DNA of 64,000 nt from Macrostomum hystrix (lineage: Eukaryota; Animalia; Platyhelminthes), in the NCBI GenBank assembly GCA_950097015.1, contig CATNEN010000030.1, positions 744,001 to 808,000 on the forward strand, in the 5' to 3' direction. A model generated the notes under the pieces. That model did no database searches, was not told the origin of the DNA, and was given only the letters and a program-made list of their open reading frames with translations. Shown piece after piece: positions 35,720-49,000 of this stretch (position 1 is its first letter; each line of letters starts with the position of its first letter). Position numbers and translations under genes: made by a program.

Positions 35720-37642
35720 CTGTGTTGGCATGGCAAGTGGGAGATGGTTAAGCAAGATTGTATTTTAAATTTTTCTTCATCTTTTCATATTTTTCCTTTA
35801 AAATTTCTAATATTAAACGAAATAATCAGTAAAAGGACTAGAAGGTCTCTGAGACATCGCGTACATTTTCTGAGAAGGCAACAGTGATTCAAAGAAAATG
35901 GCAATGTTTCTAAGAAAGGTTTTGCATTTTTAAGAATTTTCAGAAAGCAGTAGGGTTTTCCTTGAAAACTGACTATTTTCTTAGAAAACGGATTCTTTTC
36001 TTAGAAAGCAGATTCTTTTCTTAGAAAATACAACATATTTCTTAGGAAACATGATTTTCAGAGAAAACAGAAGATTTTCGAATATTTATTTTAAAAAAGT
36101 TCTTTTTTTATACAAAATAATGATTTTCTAAAAACATTAAAGAATCGAAAAAGCCGTAAATATTAAAAAAATTGCTTTTTCCGAAGGAACTAGTTATTCT
36201 TAAGAAACAAAAAAGTTTTTTTAAAAGCTGTTTATTTTGCTAGAAAGCAAATGTTGCTTCTTAAATAGAATTTAATTGTGTTTCTAATCAGGCAAAAGTT
36301 TATCTTCGGATAGCAGAACATTTTCTTCGAAATCAGTAGTTTGTTATTAAAAAGCTACATCGTTTCTTAGAAATATACCTCTGTTTCATAGAAACCATAG
36401 CAGTTTTTACTAGGAAACAGTGCAGTGGTCTCTGATCGCAGCAGCTAAAAATGTTATATTACTCAAAGCGCAATGAACTAAACGTTTGTCTGAGCTAGCA
36501 GCTGTGGCAGACCAGACTCTACTATAGTCATCGCTAATGCTGCCCATTCAGGATTAGACTCGATAAGGCTGGCCTATAATGCGATTCTCGTTCTGTTCGT
36601 CTCATTTCATCATTTTCATAGCTACAAATCGACTCGGTGCAGTTAAGGAAAGTGCTTCTCTGCTTGGCTAGGAATGGAAATGTTATTAGTGCACGATCTG
36701 GTGGTCTCCTTGAAGACTAAGGCGCTGGGAATGGCTCTCATATTCACTTCACATATTCACTTCATAGCGACCATGGCAGCTGGACCTTTATTGGCTTATA
36801 AAGTGCACAACGAAATGGCATAGTTTTTGTAATATATAGACAAATCTACCAGTCATAGTAAACTGTCCCACTATACTTCACTTTCCATTCTGGGGGTACA
36901 TTAGCTGTGCTACACAGTCTTCGCAACTGATTACACTTGATTTTTTAGAAAAAAAAATTGTTTCCTCATACTTTTTTGGGACTTTAGCGCAGTGCCATTA
37001 AATCCCATAGTCGGTAAATACGAAGTAGGTCTGACACCGTGGATAGGCAACAGGAATCTGAATCGTTGTATCAGACAAAAAACACTCACTATTCCATCGT
37101 TCATGCCACGCCCAAGCCTTCAATGACATTTCAGATCTTGGATTTGGGATTCAGTCGTGGGATTTGACAACTTACTGCCGACCTTTGATTCCCTCCCCCG
37201 GCTGTCCTGCCTACAATAAAAAAACTCAAGGTCGAATTTCAGACATACAGATCCCACTGGAAGACTTTTAGCCAGTTGGTTGTAAGTTTTTTTTTAATTT
37301 TCTTAGAAATATTCGGCGAGGGTCACAGCAGCTGACACACCAGCTGGGATCTATGGAATTCAGCTTTTTTCCCTAAACAAACGGTACCAGTACACTCTCG
37401 TGTATAATGTGCACTCTGGGCAAACAGTTCAATCAAAGTCCGACTAAATTACTCTTAGGAGTATTAGCCACAGTTTGCCTACGTGCATTAGCAATGCGCA
37501 CGCTTGGAATAGAACTATTCTAGTACTGTTTCTTCTAGGAGTTGATTTCTAATGGGTCGCAAGTATAGAGTTTGCTTTGGGTAGACATGAAATGACGTGA
37601 TTGACTCGACGTAGACTTTAGTTAAGAATTACATCATTAGCA

Positions 37643-38438
37643 TCTCAACCTCCTGACACCTCAACCTCCTGACACCTCAACCTCCTGACACCTCAACCTC
37701 CTGACACCTCAACCTCCTGACACCTCAACCTCCTGACACCTCAACCTCCTGACACCTCAACCTCCTGACACCTCAACCTCCTGACACCTCAACCTCCGGA
37801 CACCTCAACCTCCTGACACCTCAACCTCCTGACAACTCAACCTCCTGACACCTCAACCTCCTGACACCTCAACCTCCTGACACCTCAACCTCCTGACACC
37901 TCAACCTCCTGACACCTCAACCTCCTGACACTCAACCTCTGACACCTCAACCTCCTGACACTCAACCTCCTGACACCTCAACCTCCTGACACCTCAACCT
38001 CCTGACACCTCAACCTCCTGACACCTCAACCTCCTGACACCTCAACCTCCTGACACCTCAAACCTCCTGACACCTCAACCTCCTGACACCTCAACCTCCT
38101 GACACCTCAACCTCCTGACACCTCAACCTCCTGACACCTCAACCTCCTGACACCTCAACCTCCTGACAACTCAACCTCCTGACACCCGAACCTCCTGACA
38201 CCTCAACCTCCTGACACCTCAACCTCCTGACACCCGAACCTCCTGACACCTCAACCTCCTGACACCTCAACCTCCTGACAACTCAACCTCCTCACAACTC
38301 AACCTCCGGACACCTGAACCTCCTGACACCTCAACCTCCTGACACCTGAACCTCCTGACACCTCAACCTCCTCACAACTCAACCTCCGGACACCTGAACC
38401 TCCTGACACCTGAACCTCCTGACACCTGAACCTCCTGA
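37643..38438. repeat. 16-bp minisatellite (TCAACCTCCTGACACC), intronic
   Basis: Tandem units. Confidence 0.95.
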
Positions 38439-38489
38439 TCAGATTCTAGCCTTCCTACACTTTCGAGTCAGTCAGCTGGAGAGACTCAC

Positions 38490-38622
38490 GCTCCGCCGAG
38501 TGGTCCTCCTCCATTACCATCGGCCAGCTGGGCAGCTGTGTGGCGGCAATCACGGCTCCCAGCAGGCCGCAGCCGCAGGCAACCAGAATTGTCCTGTCTA
38601 TGGCCTGCAGCGTCGGCCACAT
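38490..38622 (-). CDS. Claudin/PMP22-like protein, first coding exon (MWPTLQAIDRTILVACGCGLLGAVIAATQLPSW...; TM1)
   Basis: ATG at 38622, hydrophobic helix followed by Trp, GTGAGT donor at 38489, phase 1. Confidence 0.6.
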
Positions 38623-39184
38623 CGCTGCTGCAGATGCTGCTGTTGCTGCTTCTTCTAAGCTGCGGTTACTAATCGAAAGAAAAGACGATAGAAAATGCTC
38701 AAACGAAATTCTTCGCTAATTAAGTACCAGCGGCTGCATGGGTTCCTGCAGAAGTGGCCCTATTGCCTTATTGCCTATTTTTAGGCTGAATAACCATTGG
38801 CTATAAGGCCTGGGGGGCAATAGTCAGGAAGTCTTAGTCAGATGGCAGAAGAAGTCAGCCGCAATAGAAGAAGCATGGGTTTCAGAACAGACTTGAGTAC
38901 GCACTCTCTTCAAACCTCTTTTTAAAAAACTAGCAAATCGAAAGACTGAGACAGCTTTGGGGTTACGACTCACAACCAGCCTAACTAATTGTTTCCGTTC
39001 TTGTGACCGATTGCTTCTGGGTCTGAGACTTATGAAAATAAATTGTCTTTCTTCTGCAACAAGAGCAGAAATGATGAATACTAGTCACAGAAACGCAACG
39101 GTCACTATTCAGCAATTCAGTATGGAAAGTAGGGAACGTAGAGGAACTGTATTGCAGGGAATCTGAAGGGTCTTATTTGTAGGT

Positions 39185-39605
39185 AATGTGAAGGGCCTGT
39201 ATTGTAGGGAATGCGTGAAGGGCCTGTATTGTAGGGAAATGCGTGAAGGGCCTGTATTGTAGGGAATGCGTGAAGGGCCTGTATTGTAGGGAATTTGAAG
39301 GGCCTGTATTGTAGGGAATGCGTGAAGGGCCTGTATTGTAGGGAATGCGTGAAGGGCCTGTATTGTAGGGAATTTGAAGGGCCTGTATTGTAGGGAATGC
39401 GTGAAGGGCCTGTATTGTAGGAAATGCGTGAAGGGCCTGTATTGTAGGGAATGCGTGAAGGGCCTGTATTGTAGGGAATGCGTGAAGTGCCTGTATTGTA
39501 GGGAATGCGTGAAGGGCCTGTATTGTAGGGAATGCGTGAAGGGCCTGTATTGTAGGGAATGCGTGAAGGGCCTGTATTGTAGGGAATGCGTGAAGGGCCT
39601 GTATT
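39185..39605. repeat. 27-bp minisatellite (GAAGGGCCTGTATTGTAGGGAATGCGT)
   Basis: Tandem units. Confidence 0.95.
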
Positions 39606-39934
39606 CAAAAGAACGTAATGAGTTAATTGCATCTATCTTCTGTTGTACAAGGTGTTGTAATGCCATTCCAATCTTATATCTGTCCGTTAATATGTGTTTT
39701 GGCTTTAAGAGCACAAAGTCCATAATCAGTGGGAATATAATAAGGCTCTTTACTGAACAGCTCGTCAACTGAGCCATGAAGAAACAGGAAATTAAAAGCT
39801 GTCTATGCTGGAGGAAAAGGTACGATTCTAAAAAAAGAAATGCAAACAAAATTGTTTACATTTTTAAAGCTTTTACTTTAACTTAGTTCGTGGAAATATT
39901 TGAAAAATCTATTTTGTAAGATCAATCTTTATGT

Positions 39935-41220
39935 GACAGGTTGATCCCACTGTCAGTGACATGCTGATCCCACTGTCAGTGACATGCTGATCCCACTGTC
40001 AGTGACATGCTGATCCCACTGTCAGTGACATGCTGATCCCACTGTCAGTGACATACTGATCCCACTGTCAGTGACATGCTTATCCCACTGTCAGTGACAT
40101 GCTGATCCCACTGTCAGTGACATGCTGATCCCACTGTCAGTGACATGCAGATCCCACTGTCAGTGACATGCTGATCCCACTGTCAGTGACATGCTGATCC
40201 CACTGTCAGTGACATGCTGATCCCACTGTCAGTGACATGTTGATCCCACTGTCAGTGACATGCTGATCCCACTGTCAGTGACATGCTGATCCCACTGTCA
40301 GTGACATGTTGATCCCACTGTCAGTGACATGCTGATCCCACTGTCAGTGACATGCAGATCCCACTGTCAGTGACATGCTGATCCCACTGTCAGTGACATG
40401 CTGATCCCACTGTCAGTGACATGCTGATCCCACTGTCAGTGACATGCTGATCCCACTGTCAGTGACATACTGATCCCACTGTCAGTGACATGCAGATCCC
40501 ACTGTCAGTGACATGCTGATCCAACTGTCAGTGACATGCTGATCCCACTGTCAGTGACATACTGATCCCACTGTCAGTGACATGCTGATCCCACTGTCAG
40601 TGACATACTGATCCCACTGTCAGTGACATGCTGATCCCACTGTCAGTGACATGCTGATCCCACTGTCAGTGACATGCTGATCCCACTGTCAGTGACATGC
40701 TGATCCCACTGTCAGTGACATGCAAATCCCACTGTCAGTGACATGCTGATCCCACTGTCAGTGACATGCTGATCCCACTGTCAGTGACATGCAGATCCCA
40801 CTGTCAGTGACATGCTGATCCCACTGTCAGTGACATGCTGATCCCACTGTCAGTGACATGCTGATCCCACTGACAGTGACATACTGATCCCACTGACAGT
40901 GACATGCTGATCCCACTGTCAGTGACATGCTGATCCCACTGACAGTGACATACTGATCCCACTGTCAGTGACATGCTGATCCCACTGTCAGTGACATGCT
41001 GATCCCACTGTCAGTGACATGCTGATCCCACTGACAGTGACATACTGTCCTGTCAGTGACATGCTGATCCCACTGTCAGTGACATGCTGATCCCACTGTC
41101 AGTGAACATACTGATCCCACTGTCAGTGACATGCTGATCCCACTGTCAGTGACATGCTGATCCCACTGTCAGTGAACATACTGATCCCACTGTCAGTGAC
41201 AGGTTGATCCCACTGTCAGC
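39935..41220. repeat. 23-bp minisatellite (GATCCCACTGTCAGTGACATGCT)
   Basis: Tandem units, highly homogeneous. Confidence 0.95.
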
Positions 41221-42029
41221 GACTGTATCGAATGCATTGAACCTATCGCCTAAATATTGCCAAGTCGGGGCTTTTGAAAGCTGAATTTTACGTCAGCCCG
41301 AAATGATGGGTTATAGAAGAGATCGCAATCAGTTTAATCAAAAATGCATCTTAGATTATTTAAATGAAATTCAATTCCTTTTTCATTCGCTTGCTGAGAC
41401 AAAAGCTTTGAAAGCGGAGTCCCAGAAGGATTGCGTGCTGTTTATTTTAGCCCATTGCGGCCCACTTTTCTAGGCACAGTCGCTTCGCTGCCTTCTCGAG
41501 TAGGTCTACTCGAGTCCCGCATTAGAAATTCATGGCGAAAAACATCAGCTCTGGTCGACTACGCAGTCCCTTGTCTTTCGTTTAGCAACAGCTCTTCAGC
41601 CTAGAAGAAATTGGAAAGCAGAACAGGGGAAGACAAATTTTACCTTGGGATGAGTGAGGTGAGTGAAGTGGGAGAAATAATTTTTTGCATTCTAGGGAGA
41701 ACGGAACCGCAGTCGTTCGTTATCAGTCTGCAAAACTAAAAAAATTCACTTTTCATTAGACGCAGACAAGGCTAGCTGGCACCGCTAATTCTATGCATTA
41801 GCAGGATTAAAAATGATGCTAAAAAGCTGTGGATTAATTATCGAGTGTATTCTCTTGTTTCAAGTGAATTCCAGAACGTTCTGATAAGAACTGCATAATT
41901 AAAGATTGTGTGAATTTCTATTTGGAGTTGGAGGGCATATTTACCTATCTGAAATGGGGAAAAAATTTTTAACTTCATAAACACCCTCTGCTCATTAAAT
42001 AACACTAAACACCCACTCCATCTTACTTC

Positions 42030-42470
42030 TAACCATTCGACACCCCACGACTCCCTCCTCCTAAATTCTAAACCTTCGACACACACCTCACTCCCCCTAA
42101 CTTCTAAACCTTCGACACACACCTCACTCCCCCTAACTTCTAAACCTTCGACATACACCTCACTCCCCCTAACTTCTAAACCTTCGACACAAACCTCACT
42201 CCCCCTAACTTCTAAACCTTCGACACACACCTCACTCCCCCTAACTTCTAAACCTTCGACACACACCTCACTCCCCCTAACTTCTAAACCTTCGACACAC
42301 ACCTCACTCCCCATAACTTCTAAACCTTCGACACACACCTCACTCCCCCTAACTTCTAAACCTTCGACACCCACCTCACTCCCTCTCACTTCCAACCTTT
42401 CGACATCCACCTCAAACCCTCTCACTTCTAAAAGATTGACACCAACCTCACCCGCTCACTTCCAACCTTC
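42030..42470. repeat. 36-bp minisatellite (CTTCTAAACCTTCGACACACACCTCACTCCCCCTAA)
   Basis: Tandem units. Confidence 0.93.
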
Positions 42471-43669
42471 ACTTTACTTCGAAGCCCATATAGTTACAAA
42501 AAAATGTATTCCTTTTTGGCGATATGAACGCACTATAATGAAAATTTCAGCTTTAGGAAGGCTTTATTAAATCTACATAGGTTTTTTAATAGCTTTCAGC
42601 AAACAAAAAATATTTTGTATCTACTAGCGTAAGAATCGCCCCAAAGACTAAAGTACACCCAAACTACCAAAACGTAGATGAATAAACACATTTCTCTGAT
42701 TGAAATAGAAAAGCAATGATCTGCGTTGTACTTTGGTCAAGAAATTTAGTCCAATCGGTGCGTTGCACTGGCCTCAGTCAGACAAGCTGCTGTACAGAAA
42801 GGCATTAAAAAAACAACGTGCCTGAAAAATGCCAACATGAAAGCCACTGGTTCTTTATACAATAGGTCCAATGTTAATAGTGGATTAGGAAGTTCAATAT
42901 TTAGCAAAAGGCCTTCTCTCTCAACTCCTCAGAGCCAAGGTGCAGATCTTTATTGACAAGCCCGGAGACCAACGGATGTCAATCATGCTGCCAAGGACAG
43001 AAGATGGTGCACATACTGACATAAACCTATATATTCATGTATGCATATATGCAGCACTGATTTGCAATTGGTGCTTCTCTAAATGCTGCAAAGTAAATAA
43101 CTCCTTTCTGGGAAACAAAATACCTGACAGGGATTTATTTTGTCTGGAAAAGTACGATATGTCATTTCCATGACTCGTTATTTTGTGCCTAGCTTTGTAC
43201 ACTTTTGCTACTAGGAGTAGGCAATAACTAATATGTAGGATAATAGTTTCCAGAGAACATTTATCTACCTGTCTATCTATCTATCTATCTATCTAACATA
43301 AGTTGCTTCAATGAAAGCAACAGTTGCAATTTCCTGCATGCTCTAAGAGTTTCGCTGCGTTTTCGGACAATAATCAAGTAGTTTTTGCGTAAATAAAGAA
43401 ATATGACAAGGCGTAATTTAATCGCATTTGCATGCTAAATTGAATAAACGGCGGTTGGTGTGGACCGATGTAGGCAATACGCTTGTATTTAGATATTGTT
43501 GGGTATATTTTTTATGATGTATTCGAGCCGTAAGAAGGGGGGTATAAATAAAGGAGTAAGACATTTGATACATTTGATCAGAAGCCTGCAATAACGAATA
43601 TTTAAGTAGCAGCCATCAAATGCTCTGCCTGTTTTAATTAACTTTTGAGACTGCCCTCGACCCTCTCCT

Positions 43670-43990
43670 TTTAAACCCTTCAACATCCACCCTACTCCCT
43701 TCAACACTCCCTCTGAATTTCTAACAATTGGACACCTATCTTCCTAGCTCCATCTCACTTCTGACCCTTCGACACCCATCTCACTCCCTCCGACTTCTAA
43801 TAACCCTTCGATACCCACTTCACTCCCTCACTTTCTAAATCGTTGACACCCACCCCACTCCTTCTAAATTTCTGACTCTTTGACAACCACCTCACCCCCT
43901 CACTTTCTAACCCTTCGACACCCACCTCACCCCCTCGTTTTCTAAATCTTTAACACCCACCCCACGCCCTCTAACTTTCTAACTTTCCAA
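43670..43990. repeat. Degenerate relative of the 36-bp array
   Basis: Recurrent CTTCTAA...CTTCGACACCCACCTCAC motifs. Confidence 0.75.
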
Positions 43991-44317
43991 TCATTGGGCT
44001 ACGCATTCACCAAAGTGTATTTTTTTTATTTTCTTTTTACGAAGAGTCGAGCAGAGCTCAATTAGTATGAACCAATCAAATTCATGAGAATGAATGTTAT
44101 TAAAACTAAGGTGGAAACTTCGGGTCAGAGGTACACACATATACAAGTCAAGTCCTATAGACTTGGATAGCGTTTTGCAACAGCGCCAAGGGAGGAAGAT
44201 TTTGAGATTTCGATTGCGTTGAAAAGTAGAAAACAAATGAAATATTGTTTGTCAATAATGCAGAATCTCCCTAAATTGACAATGCGCTGCGCCGTAGTTC
44301 AGAACTCAGAATTTCAC

Positions 44318-44660
44318 TCAGGGATTTCCTCGTGGAGTTTCCACCCTGGCCGACTGCGCGCCAGCTGTTGGCCTCCTGCCATAGCTTCCGCTCCTCTTCC
44401 GTTCGCGCCTGCGCGCCTTCCTCTGCTTCCGGCGCAGTCTCCGCTTCTCCCGACGCTTCCGCTTGCACTCGGGTGTGTTGCACTTGGCCCGCCGACCGCC
44501 ACCAGCCGGAGCTCGACCGGCTGTCCGGACGGCCTTGCGGCCTCGTCGACCTTTGCGACTCTTGCGGCTGCGCTTTCGCTTCTTACGACTGCTGCGCCGC
44601 TCTCTATCGTCGGCGCGGCTTCCAGCGGCTGCGGCCGGCCCGACCTCGGTCCTGGGTCTG
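44318..44660 (-). CDS. Secreted Arg/Lys-rich protein, exon 2
   Basis: TTTTCTTTGACTTCAAAG acceptor, phase 2 match with exon 1; frame reads RERRSSRKKRKRSRKSRKGRRGRK...KCNTPECKRKRREKRRLRRKQRKARRRERKR...GNP*; stop at 44320-44318. Confidence 0.7.
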
Positions 44661-44715
44661 CTTTGAAGTCAAAGAAAATTGCAGTGCGAGTGTATCTCCA
44701 AATCTAGAGGAGGTA

Positions 44716-44830
44716 CTAGCCTAGTGGTTCGAAGGTCGGGGGTTCGATTCCCGACTCCACTAGAGCAATCGGTTTTCTTTAGCAAGACATTAAGACATTA
44801 CATTGCTTGTTTGTCTGTCTGGACCTGCAA
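44716..44830 (+). mobile_element. SINE family B fragment (intronic)
   Basis: TAGCCTAGTGGTT...GAAGGTCGGGGGTTCGATTCCCGACTCCACTAGA matches the head of the 491-762 copy. Confidence 0.75.
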
Positions 44831-44936
44831 TAATTTCGTAAATCCAGAGTGTAGACAAAAATTTAAGCTATATGATAGAAATTATAAGCAACAGAAAGAA
44901 CTTTTTTGTTTTTTCGTTATCATTGATCTAATGGAA

Positions 44937-45045
44937 CGGTTGTAGCCTAGTTTTTGGTGCGACTTGAAGGGCTGGGGGTTGCGTCCTTTTGTGTCCTTTT
45001 GCAAGACACTTTAACTCGGCTGTGGCGCCCCCCTTCAGATGCGCC
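44937..45045 (+). mobile_element. SINE family B fragment with CORE-like motif
   Basis: GGTTGTAGCCTAGT...GACTTGAAGG...GTGTCCTTTTGCAAGACACTTTAAC...GTGGCGCCCCCC. Confidence 0.7.
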
Positions 45046-45088
45046 GACTCAATAGAGATGTCTCGACCTCTGAAGATTGGCGACTCAC

Positions 45089-45231
45089 CTGTCGACCTGC
45101 TGGTTGGCTGCCTGCAGGATAGCCGAGCCTTCAGGCGCCAGACGCTGACCGGATGGCGTCGCCTCGCAGAGTACTAGACAGGCAGCGATGCCGGCTGCCA
45201 GGATTAGAGCCGCCGTGGCCAGACCTCTCAT
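45089..45231 (-). CDS. Secreted Arg/Lys-rich protein, exon 1 (signal peptide MRGLATAALILAAGIAACLVLCEA)
   Basis: AAAATG start at 45231, classic n/h/c signal-peptide pattern, CAG|GTGAGT donor at 45088. Confidence 0.72.
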
Positions 45232-45841
45232 TTTGGCGACCAAACTTTCTTCTAGAGGCAGTATGAAGGACAGAAATTTCCTAAGCGATGTGAGCTAGAT
45301 CTACAGAAGCGTGGATTATCGATGAAATAGAAGGATGGGATGAGGTTTCTATGAGGAGGAGGAGGAGGAGCAGTAGCGGAGAGTGGAGGTGAGGAAGGCT
45401 CTGAAGGCTAGAACTAGGTCCAATCGAAGCATCTAGTATATAGTACGGAAAGCAGGGCCAAGAGCCAAGCCGTACTGATGGAAGACTGCCCATATCTCTA
45501 ACCCCCGCCTCTGGTCCAATGGCCTATACAGTATCGGCCCGCTGCATGCTGCACAGGGTGAAAGCTTTGCTAGCTTCTCGCGTACACATACAGTACACGC
45601 GTGCAGTCTGAACGCTGAACAAGTCAAGCTAGTACAAGCGGATAGATGCATAAGATGAGGGTGCATGGATTGCATACTATCCTTCATTTACTCTCCTTCT
45701 TTACTATTTCTTTAACAACACAGTCTTCTTTATTCTACCTGTATGATCAAAGTAGGCCCAAATTGGTCATTCGGTTTAGAAGCTATCGGGAATAGGCAGT
45801 GGGTATTTATAGCATCCCCGTGATTTGCTTTTCCAGGGGAG

Positions 45842-46076
45842 AAATAGCGAGGTCTTTTTACTGTTGGCCTCCCGCGCCAAGGTCCCTAGCTCGATTCCGC
45901 GGCGAGGCCACGTTTATTTTAATGGGGTCACAGCAAGCGAGACAAGGTCGATCTGCAGGGGGCTTGCAATTCACGGTCTTCAGGGACACCTACCTCACAG
46001 TGAAAGTGTACACTGCCTGACGAGAAAGTCAGGTCAGGTGTACACACCTGTGTGAGTATTGCCTGCGTACAGTATC
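45842..46076 (+). mobile_element. SINE family A, 3'-truncated copy
   Basis: TTGGCCTCCCGCGCCAAGGTCCCTAGCTCGATTCCGCGGCGAGGCCAC...GTGTACACTGCCTGACGAGAAAGTCAGG. Confidence 0.8.
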
Positions 46077-49000
46077 CAAGGTCCACTAGTATATCTAGCT
46101 AACTACTATAGTAGTCCTTGACTGCAAATTTGTGAAAATTTCTTCAGTATACGCTTCTTTTGACTTCTTTTAACGCTTTCATCAGCGTATACATATGTGT
46201 ATTAATGATTGAGCGAGTGACATCTTTCGATATAAACAATTGATAATTAATCGGCAGTCAGTTTATTGCAGTGAAACATGTACATAATGTAATACAGTAA
46301 ATACTTGAAATGTCTCTGGGATAAGTAAGTATATTTCCAATCGATTACTAAATCCGTCGTAAACAAAAAACGTTTTTGATCTATACCGAATTTCAGAGCA
46401 CTGCCTTCCTACAGCCCAAGCAGTAGCAGCAGCAAAACTGCTTTGTGCGGATATCATCGCATCAAATTTTTCTGACAAACAGAGAGGCACCGAATTGAAG
46501 CTAATTTAAGATTTTAAGCTTCAACACTAAGGACTTAGTCCAACGGATTTTGGCACTTTCATCCGGATCAGCGTGTAGATTATTCTTCTCGGATCTACCG
46601 CCTGCCAGACTGGCAGCGTTAGCAGCCGTTGATACGATAAGGCGAGTGAGACTCCAAAAACCAAAAACACTTCGCAGATCGCTAAAGGTGTCATTCTGAT
46701 TCTGAGAAATGATTGAAATGGGATTTGAAGGGACCATGTAAATTAGAAGAAAGCTTGTTGGCTGAAATAAAAAAATTTAGTTGCATCAATGATAATTTAT
46801 TAAGAACAGAAACCTACCCACGACAGCAGGTCACTTGTTTATTAACATCATTATGTTCGCATTTACCTAACTTTAATACATAACTTTACATAAAGAGGAA
46901 TTTTAAATTTATCTGAAATCTAAATATTCAGTATCATTTCTTTAAAGCAAAACTCTGTGGACTTAATAAAGATTTGTCAACTTAAAACGAAACAGTTTGT
47001 TAAAAACGGTAAAAAAATTTAAAATAGAACTGGTCGTTTATTATTTTTTATCCCGGTTGACATTATGTTTGTGACAGGTGGTCCATTGTAATTTTCTCCT
47101 ATATCCTGTCCATGTCCGTATTTACTTTAGAATACTGCTACACCAACATCTTTGCTATTGTAAGTATTTTTTCTGTCTGTTTTAAAATTTTTTTTATTTC
47201 TTGATGCTATTAAATTAAACATGAATCGTGATTCAACCAGTCACCCTTTAGCCAAAAGATCTCATAATAATACTATTCTCTAAATTAGATACTGCAAGAA
47301 CTAATTTATATTTATCTACAAATCCTCAAGCTAGTAATATATTTTCTTATTTTTAGAAAATTTTGCTTCAAAGTTTAATTAATTAGTCCTAAAATTTATT
47401 TGAGACAGTATATAGGCTAGACATGGTTAATCTTATCTAGATTAAGATGAAATAATTATATTTAAATATAGAGTAAGTAGTTCTACTATTGCAATAAGCT
47501 TTATATCTATTTATTTTTTACTTTAATCATTGCATTCAGTAGAAGTAAGTATGTATTTCTTTAAGAATAGCAGTGGCATTGTTGCAGTTTGTTTTGTGTA
47601 ATAATTTTTTAGCTTTTAAAAGAAGAAGCATCAAATGTAAACAAACAATACAGTAACAGCAGGCATTCTCTTTTAAAAATGATTTTTATGTTCTTAACAT
47701 AAAATTGTTAGTTTTAGTGTATCAAATAGACTGTTTGTAACCAGCTTGTCCTAATTTTAAGCACTAGGGCCTACAAATGATTATTATTCCCAGATCCCAC
47801 AAATACATGTATCATGTGGTGTAAATTTACTTTCATTCGCAAAATATTTTCTTTTAAAATGTTGAATGATGAAGTGGATAATGTCAACTGGTAACACAAC
47901 TGGTGGGAAACATTTTTATAATGGCACTGAGCATTGCTTAGTTCAGTTCAATGTAGTCCTGACTGTCTCAGATTCCTAAACTGGGTAATAATGACAAATC
48001 CAGTACAGAATGCTGCCAAAAGCCTTGGCAGGCCCCTGGTGAAGGCATTGCCATAGATACTCTTGGATGTGCAATTCAAAGAGGACATTGCTAGTGCCAT
48101 GCCACATATCCACAATCCACGATGGTCTTGGGGGCTGTCCAGCCATTTGCAAATCAGAAGAGTCTCAAAGTCTCTAAAATCCAAACTATAGTGAGGGCTC
48201 AATAAAACTCAGTCGAGTTTCTGTGCCCCAAACAACTTTACGTGGCTCTTATGGGCCATAGACAACTCCCATTTGTCATTCCATGTCATTGGCACCATTT
48301 TAAAAGTGGAAAATAATTTAGCAAACGAAAGTAATTTTAGAGACTAGAGTAGTGCTTTTCCTTTTTTGTCATTTAAATTGTATTTTATACAACAGATCAG
48401 TATTATGGTCATTGTGCCTCTAAGTTTCAGAGCCTGCTGGGCCCTTAAGTACTCTGCATTATATATTCAATTTTTACATATTTACTTTATTGGCATTGAA
48501 GACTAGCTAGACAGATAAGATATACTCCTGCATCTTAATAATTTGTTCTAAATTGAAGTGTATGTACAATGCTTTTTTCATACTATTCTTTATTTTTTAA
48601 GACATTTCACATCACTAATTTACTTTTCAATATGTTCAAACTCACTATACAAAAATTTTATTAAAAATTCTAAATATGTTCTAATCTAGAGTTCCAAATC
48701 TACATGTTCTTGTGATTGTTTTTTTAGATATGCATTCTATATCGTACATCATCTTCCAGTAGCATATGTAACCTTAAGTTTAATATAAACCTAAACTTAT
48801 AAGGGTTCATACTCATTATATTTTAGACCTGATTCATTTTTGTTGGTAAAGAAATATTTCACATCTACAATACACATCTAGTGCAAGTCAATTATTAGTT
48901 GGAGTCATCCAATGTACTTTCTACACTGGTTTCCTAAATCCATGATGGACGTATGACTCAGTAAAATTTTATTTAGCACCCTGAATTTGACTCCATAGTA

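Noticed and set aside
41495-41514. Perfect palindrome CTCGAGTAG-GT-CTACTCGAG
   Set aside because: A single 9-bp stem is plausible by chance in 64 kb and has no supporting context.
44271-44724. ORF-track proteins at this locus (44219+, 44271-, 44314-, 44332+, 44463+)
   Set aside because: They are alternative frames or antisense shadows; only the Arg/Lys-rich frame is phase-compatible with the signal-peptide exon.
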